64,000 nucleotides of DNA from the human T2T-CHM13v2.0 reference genome, Homo sapiens: assembly GCF_009914755.1 (NCBI RefSeq), contig NC_060940.1; one strand, written 5' to 3'. Under the pieces are notes generated by a model, which had not been told where the DNA came from, did no database searches, and saw only the letters and a program-made list of their open reading frames with translations. Made by a program: the position numbers and the translations under genes. Below, piece after piece: positions 1-11,400 of the stretch (the stretch's first letter is position 1; the number at the start of each line of letters is the position of its first letter).

Positions 1-116
1 AACTCCTTTGTGATGTGTGCGTTCAACTCACAGAGTTTAACCTTTCTTTTCACAGAGCAGTTAGGAAACACTCTGTTTGTGAAGCCTGCCAGTGGATATT
101 CGGACCTCTTTGAGGC

Positions 117-133
117 CTTCGTTGGAAACGGGA
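117..133 (+). promoter_or_regulatory. CENP-B box (representative; recurs every ~340 bp, roughly 188 positions in the window)
   Basis: CTTCGTTGGAAACGGGA matches the 17-bp CENP-B box with core NTTCGNNNNANNCGGGN. The next copies are at 457, 797 and 1137. Dimers A and E end in ...CGGGT, which keeps the core. Confidence 0.97.
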
Positions 134-285
134 TTTCTTCATATTATGCTAGACAGAAGATTTCTCAGTAACTTCTTTGTGTTGTGTGTATGCAACTCAC
201 AGAGTTCAACCTTTCTTTAGACAGAGCAGATTTGAAACACTCTTTTTGTGGAATTTGCAAGTGGAGATTTCAAGCGCTTCGATGC

Positions 286-302
286 CAATGGTAGAAAAGG
301 AA
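286..302 (+). promoter_or_regulatory. A-box (pJalpha-type) motif of the non-CENP-B monomer (representative)
   Basis: CAATGGTAGAAAAGGAA lies 169 bp after the CENP-B box, at the equivalent monomer position. Variants are CAACGGTAGAAAAGGAA, CAAAAGCAGAAAAGGAA and CAAAGGCAGAAAAGGAA. A/B monomer alternation is established for SF1. Confidence 0.8.
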
Positions 303-1029
303 ATATCTTCGTATAAAAACAAGACAAACTCGTTCCCAGACACTGCGTAGTGATGTGTGTGTTTAACTCACAGAGTTTCACCTTTCTTTTCATACAGCAT
401 TCTGGAAACCCTCTGTTTGTAAAGTCTGCAAGTGGATATTTGGACCTCTTAGATGCCTTCGTTGGAAACGGGATTTCTTCATATAATGCTAGAGGGAAGA
501 ATTCTTAGTAACTTCTTTGTGTTGTGTGTATTCAACTGACAGATTTGAACCTTCCTTTAGACAGAGCAGATTTGAAAGTCTCTTTTTGTGGAATTTGCAA
601 GTGGAGATTTCAAGCGCTTTGAGGCCAAAAGCAGAAAAGGAAATATTTTCCTATAAAAACTAGACAGAATCTTTCTCAGAAACTGCTCTGGGATGTGTGC
701 GTTCAACTCACAGAGTTTAACTTTTCTTTTCATTCAGCAGTTTGGAAACACTCTGTTTGGAAAGTCTGCACGTGGATATTTTGAGCTCTTTGAGGCCTTC
801 GTTGGAAACGGGTTTTTTTAATGTAACGCTAGACAGAAGAAATCTCAGTAACTTCCTTGTGTTGTGTGTATTCAACTGACAGAGTTGAACCTTCCTTTAG
901 ACAGAGCAGATTCGAAACACTGTTTTTCTGCAATTTGCAAGTGGAGACTTCAAGCGCTTTGAGGCCAAAGGCAGAAAAGGAAATATCTTCGTATAAAAAC
1001 CCGACAAAATCATTCTCAGAAACTGCTCT

Positions 1030-2048
1030 GTGATGTGTGCGTTCAACTCACGGAGTTTAACTTTTCTTTTCATTCAGCAGTTTGGAAACACTCTGTTTGT
1101 AAAGTCTGCAAGTGGATATCTTGGCCTCTTAGAGGCCTTCGTTGGAAACGGGTTTTTTCATGTAAGGTTAGACAGAGGAATTCCCAGTAACTTCCTTGTG
1201 TTGTGTGCATTCAACTCACAGAGTTGAATGATTCTTTACACAGAGCAGATTTGAGACACTCTTTTGGTGGAATTTGTAAGTGGAGAATTCAGCTGCTTTG
1301 AGGTCAACGGTAGAAAAGGAAATATCTTCGTATAAAAACTAGACAGAATGATTCTCAGAAACTGTTTTGTGATGTGTGCGTTCAACTCACAGAGTTTAAC
1401 CTTTCTTTTCAAAGAGCAGTTAGGAAACACTCTGTTTGTAAAGTCTGCAAGTGGATATTCAGACCTCTTTGAGGCCTTCGTTGGAAACGGGATTTCTTCA
1501 TATTATGCTAGACAGATGAATTCTCAGTAACTTCCTTGTGTTGTGTGTATTCAACTCACAGAGTTGAACGATCCTTTACACAGAGCAGATTTGAAACACT
1601 GTTTTTCTGGAATTTGCAAGTGGAGATTTCAGCTGCTTTGAGGTCAATGGTAGAAAAGGAAATATCTTCGTATAAAAACTAGACAGAATGATTCTCAGAA
1701 ACTCCTTTGTGATGTGTGCGTTCAACTCACAGAGTTTAACCTTTCTTTTCACAGAGCAGTTAGGAAACACTCTGTTTGTGAAGCCTGCCAGTGGATATTC
1801 GGACCTCTTTGAGGCCTTCGTTGGAAACGGGATTTCTTCATATTATGCTAGACAGAAGATTTCTCAGTAACTTCTTTGTGTTGTGTGTATGCAATTCACA
1901 GAGTTCAACCTTCCTTTAGACAGAGCAGATTTGAAACACTCTTTTTGTGGAATTTGCAAGTGGAGATTTCAAGCGCTTTGAGGCCAAAAGCAGAAAAGGA
2001 AATATTTTCCTATAAAAACTAGACAGAATCTTTCTCAGAAACTGCTCT
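1030..2048 (+). repeat. 6-mer HOR variant, 1019 bp (representative of 20 copies; one is 1020 bp)
   Basis: Dimers A-B-C only. The last monomer is a hybrid ending GCTTTGAGGCCAAAAGCAG..ATTTTCCTA..GAATCTTTCTCAG. The 1019-bp spacing is visible in the ORF track (1030 to 2049). Confidence 0.93.
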
Positions 2049-3747
2049 GTGATGTGTGCGTTCAACTCACAGAGTTTAACTTTTCTTTTCATTCAGCAGT
2101 TTGGAAACACTCTGTTTGTAAAGTCTGCAAGTGGATATCTTGGCCTCTTAGAGGCCTTCGTTGGAAACGGGTTTTTTCATGTAAGGATAGACAGAGGAAT
2201 TCCCAGTAACTTCCTTGTGTTGTGTGCATTCAACTCACAGAGTTGAATGATTCTTTACACAGAGCAGATTTGAGACACTCTTTTGGTGGAATTTGTAAGT
2301 GGAGAATTCAGCCGCTTTGAGGTCAACGGTAGAAAAGGAAATATCTTCGTATAAAAACTAGACAGAATGATTCTCAGAAACTGTTTTGTGATGTGTGCGT
2401 TCAACTCACAGAGTTTAACCTTTCTTTTCAAAGAGCAGTTAGGAAACACTCTGTTTGTAAAGTCTGCAAGTGGATATTCAGACCTCTTTGAGGCCTTCGT
2501 TGGAAACGGGATTTCTTCATATTATGCTAGACAGATGAATTCTCAGTAACTTCCTTGTGTTGTGTGTATTCAACTCACAGAGTTAAACGATCCTCTACAC
2601 AGAGCAGATTTGAAACACTGTTTTTCTGGAATTTGCAAGTGGAGATTTCAGCCGCTTTGAGGTCAATGGTAGAAAAGGAAATATCTTCGTATAAAAACTA
2701 GACAGAATGATTCTCAGAAACTCCTTTGTGATGTGTGCGTTCAACTCACAGAGTTTAACCTTTCTTTTCACAGAGCAGTTAGGAAACACTCTGTTTGTGA
2801 AGCCTGCCAGTGGATATTCGGACCTCTTTGAGGCCTTCGTTGGAAACGGGATTTCTTCATATTATGCTAGACAGAAGATTTCTCAGTAACTTCTTTGTGT
2901 TGTGTGTATGCAACTCACAGAGTTCAACCTTCCTTTAGACAGAGCAGATTTGAAACACTCTTTTTGTGGAATTTGCAAGTGGAGATTTCAAGCGCTTCGA
3001 TGCCAATGGTAGAAAAGGAAATATCTTCGTATAAAAACAAGACAAACTCGTTCCCAGACACTGCGTAGTGATGTGTGTGTTTAACTCACAGAGTTTCACC
3101 TTTCTTTTCATACAGCATTCTGGAAACCCTCTGTTTGTAAAGTCTGCAAGTGGATACTTGGACCTCTTAGATGCCTTCGTTGGAAACGGGATTTCTTCAT
3201 ATAATGCTAGAGGGAAGAATTCTTAGTAACTTCTTTGTGTTGTGTGTATTCAACTGACAGAGTTGAACCTTCCTTTAGACAGAGCAGATTTGAAAGTCTC
3301 TTTTTGTGGAATTTGCAAGTGGAGATTTCAAGCGCTTTGAGGCCAAAAGCAGAAAAGGAAATATTTTCCTATAAAAACTAGACAGAATCTTTCTCAGAAA
3401 CTGCTCTGGGATGTGTGCGTTCAACTCACAGAGTTTAACTTTTCTTTTCATTCAGCAGTTTGGAAACACTCTGTTTGGAAAGTCTGCACGTGGATATTTT
3501 GACCTCTTTGAGGCCTTCGTTGGAAACGGGTTTTTTTCATGTAAGGCTAGACAGAAGAAATCTCAGTAACTTCCTTGTGTTGTGTGTATTCAACTGACAG
3601 AGTTGAACCTTCTTTTAGACAGAGCAGATTCGAAACACTCTTTTTCTGCAATTTGCAAGTGGAGACTTCAAGCGCTTTGAGGCCAAAGGCAGAAAAGGAA
3701 ATATCTTCGTATAAAAACCCGACAGAATCATTCTCAGAAACTGCTCT

Positions 3748-5446
3748 GTGATGTGTGCGTTCAACTCACAGAGTTTAACTTTTCTTTTCATTCAGCAGTT
3801 TGGAAACACTCTGTTTGTAAAGTCTGCAAGTGGATATCTTGGCCTCTTAGAGGCCTTCGTTGGAAACGGGTTTTTTCATGTAAGGTTAGACAGAGGAATT
3901 CCCAGTAACTTCCTTGTGTTGTGTGCATTCAACTCACAGAGTTGAATGATTCTTTACACAGAGCAGATTTGAGACACTCTTTTGGTGGAATTTGTTAGTG
4001 GAGAATTCAGCCGCTTTGAGGTCAACGGTAGAAAAGGAAATATCTTCGTATAAAAACTAGACAGAATGATTCTCAGAAACTGTTTTGTGATGTGTGCGTT
4101 CAACTCACAGAGTTTAACCTTTCTTTTCAAAGAGCAGTTAGGAAACACTCTGTTTGTAAAGTCTGCAAGTGGATATTCAGACCTCTTTGAGGCCTTCGTT
4201 GGAAACGGGATTTCTTCATATTATGCTAGACAGATGAATTCTCAGTAACTTCCTTGTGTTGTGTGTATTCAACTCACAGAGTTGAACGATCCTTTACACA
4301 GAGCAGATTTGAAACACTGTTTTTCTGGAATTTGCAAGTGGAGATTTCAGCCGCTTTGAGGTCAATGGTAGAAAAAGAAATATCTTCGTATAAAAACTAG
4401 ACAGAATGATTCTCAGAAACTCCTTTGTGATGTGTGCGTTCAACTCACAGAGTTTAACCTTTCTTTTCACAGAGCAGTTAGGAAACACTCTGTTTGTGAA
4501 GCCTGCCAGTGGATATTCGGACCTCTTTGAGGCCTTCGTTGGAAACGGGATTTCTTCATATTATGCTAGACAGAAGATTTCTCAGTAACTTCTTTGTGTT
4601 GTGTGTATGCAACTCACAGAGTTCAACCTTCCTTTAGACAGAGCAGATTTGAAACACTCTTTTTGTGGAATTTGCAAGTGGAGATTTCAAGCGCTTCGAT
4701 GCCAATGGTAGAAAAGGAAATATCTTCGTATAAAAACAAGACAAACTCGTTCCCAGACACTGCGTAGTGATGTGTGTGTTTAACTCACAGAGTTTCACCT
4801 TTCTTTTCATACAGCATTCTGGAAACCCTCTGTTTGTAAAGTCTGCAAGTGGATATTTGGACCTCTTAGATGCCTTCGTTGGAAACGGGATTTCTTCATA
4901 TAATGCTAGAGGGAAGAATTCTTAGTAACTTCTTTGTGTTGTGTGTATTCAACTGACAGAGTTGAACCTTCCTTTAGACAGAGCAGATTTGAAAGTCTCT
5001 TTTTGTGGAATTTGCAAGTGGAGATTTCAAGCGCTTTGAGGCCAAAAGCAGAAAAGGAAATATTTTCCTATAAAAACTAGACAGAATCTTTCTCAGAAAC
5101 TGCTCTGGGATGTGTGCGTTCAACTCACAGAGTTTAACTTTTCTTTTCATTCAGCAGTTTGGAAACACTCTGTTTGGAAAGTCTGCACGTGGATATTTTG
5201 ACCTCTTTGAGGCCTTCGTTGGAAACGGGTTTTTTTCATGTAACGCTAGACAGAAGAAATCTCAGTAACTTCCTTGTGTTGTGTGTATTCAACTGACAGA
5301 GTTGAACCTTCCTTTAGACAGAGCAGATTCGAAACACTCTTTTTCTGCAATTTGCAAGTGGAGACTTCAAGCGCTTTGAGGCCAAAGGCAGAAAAGGAAA
5401 TATCTTCGTATAAAAACCCGACAGAATCATTCTCAGAAACTGCTCT
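3748..5446 (+). repeat. Full 10-mer HOR, 1699 bp (representative of 16 copies; two are 1695 bp)
   Basis: Five distinguishable dimers in order: A (ATCTTGGCCTCTTAGAGG / AATTCCCAG), B (TTCAAAGAGCAG / AACGATCC), C (GAAGCCTGCCAG / GCTTCGATGCC), D (TTCCCAGACACTGCGTAG / GAAAGTCTC), E (CTCTGGGATG, CTGCACGTGG / AAAACCCGAC). Confidence 0.93.
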
Positions 5447-8400
5447 GTGATGTGTGCGTTCAACTCACAGAGTTTAACTTTTCTTTTCATTCAGCAGTTT
5501 GGAAACACTCTGTTTGTAAAGTCTGCAAGTGGATATCTTGGCCTCTTAGAGGCCTTCGTTTGAAACGGGTTTTTTCATGTAAGGTTAGACAGAGGAATTC
5601 CCAGTAACTTCCTTGTGTTGTGTGCATTCAACTCACAGAGTTGAATGATTCTTTACACAGAGCAGATTTGAGACACTCTTTTGGTGGAATTTGTAAGTGG
5701 AGAATTCAGCTGCTTTGAGGTCAACGGTAGAAAAGGAAATATCTTCGTATAAAAACTAGACAGAATGATTCTCAGAAACTGTTTTGTGATGTGTGCGTTC
5801 AACTCACAGAGTTTAACCTTTCTTTTCAAAGAGCAGTTAGGAAACACTCTGTTTGTAAAGTCTGCAAGTGGATATTCAGACCTCTTTGAGGCCTTCGTTG
5901 GAAACGGGATTTCTTCATATTATGCTAGACAGATGAATTCTCAGTAACTTCCTTGTGTTGTGTGTATTCAACTCACAGAGTTGAACGATCCTTTACACAG
6001 AGCAGATTTGAAACACTGTTTTTCTGGAATTTGCAAGTGGAGATTTCAGCTGCTTTGAGGTCAATGGTAGAAAAGGAAATATCTTCGTATAAAAACTAGA
6101 CAGAATGATTCTCAGAAACTCCTTTGTGATGTGTGCGTTCAACTCACAGAGTTTAACCTTTCTTTTCACAGAGCAGTTAGGAAACACTCTGTTTGTGAAG
6201 CCTGCCAGTGGATATTCGGACCTCTTTGAGGCCTTCGTTGGAAACGGGATTTCTTCATATTATGCTAGACAGAAGATTTCTCAGTAACTTCTTTGTGTTG
6301 TGTGTATGCAACTCACAGAGTTCAACCTTCCTTTAGACAGAGCAGATTTGAAACACTCTTTTTGTGGAATTTGCAAGTGGAGATTTCAAGCGCTTTGAGG
6401 CCAAAAGCAGAAAAGGAAATATTTTCCTATAAAAACTAGACAGAATCTTTCTCAGAAACTGCTCTGTGATGTGTGCGTTCAACTCACAGAGTTTAACTTT
6501 TCTTTTCATTCAGCAGTTTGGAAACACTCTCTTTGTAAAGTCTGCAAGTGGATATCTTGGCCTCTTAGAGGCCTTCGTTGGAAACGGGTTTTTTCATGTA
6601 AGGATAGACAGAGGAATTCCCAGTAACTTCCTTGTGTTGTGTGCATTCAACTCACAGAGTTGAATGATTCTTTACACAGAGCAGATTTGAGACACTCTTT
6701 TGGTGGAATTTGTAAGTGGAGAATTCAGCCGCTTTGAGGTCAACGGTAGAAAAGGAAATATCTTCGTATAAAAACTAGACAGAATAATTCTCAGAAACTG
6801 TTTTGTGATGTGTGCGTTCAACTCACAGAGTTTAACCTTTCTTTTCAAAGAGCAGTTAGGAAACACTCTGTTTGTAAAGTCTGCAAGTGGATATTCAGAC
6901 CTCTTTGAGGCCTTCGTTGGAAACGGGATTTCTTCATATTATGCTAGACAGATGAATTCTCAGTAACTTCCTTGTGTTGTGTGTATTCAACTCACAGAGT
7001 TAAACGATCCTTTACACAGAGCAGATTTGAAACACTGTTTTTCTGGAATTTGCAAGTGGAGATTTCAGCCGCTTTGAGGTCAATGGTAGAAAAGGAAATA
7101 TCTTCGTATAAAAACTAGACAGAATGATTCTCAGAAACTCCTTTGTGATGTGTGCGTTCAACTCACAGAGTTTAACCTTTCTTTTCACAGAGCAGTTAGG
7201 AAACACTCTGTGAAGCCTGCCAGTGGATATTCGGACCTCTTTGAGGCCTTCGTTGGAAACGGGATTTCTTCATATTATGCTAGACAGAAGATTTCTCAGT
7301 AACTTCTTTGTGTTGTGTGTATGCAACTCACAGAGTTCAACCTTCCTTTAGACAGAGCAGATTTGAAACACTCTTTTTGTGGAATTTGCAAGTGGAGATT
7401 TCAAGCGCTTCGATGCCAATGGTAGAAAAGGAAATATCTTCGTATAAAAACAAGACAAACTCGTTCCCAGACACTGCGTAGTGATGTGTGTGTTTAACTC
7501 ACAGAGTTTAACCTTTCTTTTCATACAGCATTCTGGAAACCCTCTGTTTGTAAAGTCTGCAAGTGGATATTTGGACCTCTTAGATGCCTTCGTTGGAAAC
7601 GGGATTTCTTCATAGAATGCTAGAGGGAAGAATTCTTAGTAACTTCTTTGTGTTGTGTGTATTCAACTGACAGAGTTGAACCTTCCTTTAGACAGAGCAG
7701 ATTCGAAACACTCTTTTTCTGCAATTTGCAAGTGGAGACTTCAAGCGCTTTGAGGCCAAAGGCAGAAAAGGAAATATCTTCGTATAAAAACCCGACAGAA
7801 TCATTCTCAGAAACTGCTCTGTGATGTGTGCGTTCAACTCACAGAGTTTTACTTTTCTTTTCATTCAGGAGTTTGGAAACACTCTGTTTGTAAAGTCTGC
7901 AAGTGGATATCTTGGCCTCTTAGAGGCCTTCATTGGAAACGGGTTTTTTCATGTAAGGTTAGACAGAGGAATTCCCAGTAACTTCCTTGTGTTGTGTGCA
8001 TTCAACTCACAGAGTTGAATGATTCTTTACACAGAGCAGATTTGAGACACTCTTTTGGTGGAATTTGTAAGTGGAGAATTCAGCTGCTTTGAGGTCAATG
8101 GTAGAAAAGGAAATATCTTCGTATAAAAACTAGACAGAATGATTCTCAGAAACTGTTTTGTGATGTGTGCGTTCAACTCACAGAGTTTAACCTTTCTTTT
8201 CAAAGAGCAGTTAGGAAACACTCTGTTTGTAAAGTCTGCAAGTGGATATTCAGACCTCTTTGAGGCCTTCGTTGGAAACGGGATTTCTTCATATTATGCT
8301 AGACAGATGAATTCTCAGTAACTTCCTTGTGTTGTGTGTATTCAACTCACAGAGTTGAACGATCCTTTACACAGAGCAGATTTGAAACACTGTTTTTCTG

Positions 8401-11400
8401 GAATTTGCAAGTGGAGATTTCAGCCGCTTTGTGGTCAATGGTAGAAAAAGAAATATCTTCATATAAAAACTAGACAGAATGATTCTCAGAAACTCCTTTG
8501 TGATGTGTGCGTTCAACTCACAGAGTTTAACCTTTCTTTTCACAGAGCAGTTAGGAAACACTCTGTTTGTGAAGCCTGCCAGTGGATATTCGGACCTCTT
8601 TGAGGCCTTCATTGGAAACGGGATTTCTTCATATTATGCTAGACAGAAGATTTCTCAGTAACTTCTTTGTGTTGTGTGTATGCAACTCACAGAGTTCAAC
8701 CTTCCTTTAGACAGAGCAGATTTGAAACACTCTTTTTGTGGAATTTGCAAGTGGAGATTTCAAGCGCTTCGATGCCAATGGTAGAAAAGGAAATATCTTC
8801 GTATAAAAACAAGACAAACTCGTTCCCAGACACTGCGTAGTGATGTGTGTGTTTAACTCACAGAGTTTCACCTTTCTTTTCATACAGCATTCTGGAAACC
8901 CTCTGTTTGTAAAGTCTGCAAGTGGATATTTGGACCTCTTAGATGCCTTCGTTGGAAACGGGATTTCTTCATATAATGCTAGAGGGAAGAATTCTTAGTA
9001 ACTTCTTTGTGTTGTGTGTATTCAACTGACAGAGTTGAACCTTCCTTTAGACAGAGCAGATTTGAAAGTCTCTTTTTGTGGAATTTGCAAGTGGAGATTT
9101 CAAGCGCTTTGAGGCCAAAAGCAGAAAAGGAAATATTTTCCTATAAAAACTAGACAGAATCTTTCTCAGAAACTGCTCTGGGATGTGTGCGTTCAACTCA
9201 CAGAGTTTAACTTTTCTTTTCATTCAGCAGTTTGGAAACACTCTGTTTGGAAAGTCTGCACGTGGATATTTTGACCTCTTTGAGGCCTTCATTGGAAACG
9301 GGTTTTTTTCATGTAACGCTAGACAGAAGAAATCTCAGTAACTTCCTTGTGTTGTGTGTATTCAACTGACAGAGTTGAACCTTCCTTTAGACAGAGCAGA
9401 TTCGAAACACTCTTTTTCTGCAATTTGCAAGTGGAGACTTCAAGCGCTTTGAGGCCAAAGGCAGAAAAGGAAATATCTTCGTATAAAAACCCGACAGAAT
9501 CATTCTCAGAAACTGCTCTGTGATGTGTGCGTTCAACTCACAGAGTTTAACTTTTCTTTTCATTCAGCAGTTTGGAAACACTCTGTTTGTAAAGTCTGCA
9601 AGTGGATATCTTGGCCTCTTAGAGGCCTTCGTTGGAAACGGGTTTTTTCATGTAAGGTTAGACAGAGGAATTCCCAGTAACTTCCTTGTGTTGTGTGCAT
9701 TCAACTCACAGAGTTGAATGATTCTTTACACAGAGCAGATTTGAGACACTCTTTTGGTGGAATTTGTAAGTGGAGAATTCAGCTGCTTTGAGGTCAACGG
9801 TAGAAAAGGAAATATCTTCGTATAAAAACTAGACAGAATGATTCTCAGAAACTGTTTTGTGATGTGTGCGTTCAACTCACAGAGTTTAACCTTTCTTTTC
9901 AAAGAGCAGTTAGGAAACACTCTGTTTGTAAAGTCTGCAAGTGGATATTCAGACCTCTTTGAGGCCTTCGTTGGAAACGGGATTTCTTCATATTATGCTA
10001 GACAGATGAATTCTCAGTAACTTCCTTGTGTTGTGTGTATTCAACTCACAGAGTTGAACGACCCTTTACACAGAGCAGATTTGAAACACTGTTTTTCTGG
10101 AATTTGCAAGTGGAGATTTCAGCTGCTTTGAGGTCAATGGTAGAAAAGGAAATATCTTCGTATAAAAACTAGACAGAATGATTCTCAGAAACTCCTTTGT
10201 GATGTGTGCGTTCAACTCACAGAATTTAACCTTTCTTTTCACAGAGCAGTTAGGAAACACTCTGTTTGTGAAGCCTGCCCGTGGATATTCGGACCTCTTT
10301 GAGGCCTTCGTTGGAAACGGGATTTCTTCATATTATGCTAGACAGAAGATTTCTCAGTAACTTCTTTGTGTTGTGTGTATGCAACTCACAGAGTTCAACC
10401 TTCCTTTAGACAGAGCAGATTTGAAACACTCTTTTTGTGGAATTTGCAAGTGGAGATTTCAAGCGCTTTGAGGCCAAAAGCAGAAAAGGAAATATTTTCC
10501 TATAAAAACTAGACAGAATCTTTCTCAGAAACTGCTCTGTGATGTGTGCGTTCAACTCACAGAGTTTAACTTTTCTTTTCATTCAGCAGTTTGGAAACAC
10601 TCTGTTTGTAAAGTCTGCAAGTGGATATCTTGGCCTCTTAGAGGCCTTCGTTGGAAACGGGTTTTTTCATGTAAGGATAGACAGAGGAATTCCCAGTAAC
10701 TTCCTTGTGTTGTGTGCATTCAACTCACAGAGTTGAATGATTCTTTACACAGAGCAGATTTGAGACACTCTTTTGGTGGAATTTGTAAGTGGAGAATTCA
10801 GCCGCTTTGAGGTCAACGGTAGAAAAGGAAATATCTTCGTATAAAAACTAGACAGAATGATTCTCAGAAACTGTTTTGTGATGTGTGCGTTCAACTCACA
10901 GAGTTTAACCTTTCTTTTCAAAGAGCAGTTAGGAAACACTCTGTTTGTAAAGTCTGCAAGTGGATATTCAGACCTCTTTGAGGCCTTCGTTGGAAACGGG
11001 ATTTCTTCATATTATGCTAGACAGATGAATTCTCAGTAACTTCCTTGTGTTGTGTGTATTCAACTCACAGAGTTAAACGATCCTTTACACAGAGCAGATT
11101 TGAAACACTGTTTTTCTGGAATTTGCAAGTGGAGATTTCAGCCGCTTTGAGGTCAATGGTAGAAAAGGAAATATCTTCGTATAAAAATTAGACAGAATGA
11201 TTCTCAGAAACTCCTTTGTGATGTGTGCGTTCAACTCACAGAGTTTAACCTTTCTTTTCACAGAGCAGTTAGGAAACACTCTGTGAAGCCTGCCAGTGGA
11301 TATTCGGACCTCTTTGAGGCCTTCGTTGGAAACGGGATTTCTTCATATTATGCTAGACAGAAGATTTCTCAGTAACTTCTTTGTGTTGTGTGTATGCAAC

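Noticed and set aside
52-76. Short dyads such as ACAGAG-N13-CTCTGT and AAACA-C-TGTTT as terminators or structured RNA
   Set aside because: Stems of 5-6 bp are expected in AT-rich DNA, and small dyads are already known in alpha satellite. Nothing distinguishes these copies.
311-319. TATAAAA as a TATA-box promoter in every second monomer
   Set aside because: It is a standard part of the alphoid consensus, and promoter activity cannot be inferred from sequence alone.
5554-5570. CENP-B box variant CTTCGTTTGAAACGGGT as a lost site
   Set aside because: The G>T falls in a non-core N position of NTTCGNNNNANNCGGGN, so I did not count it as disrupted.
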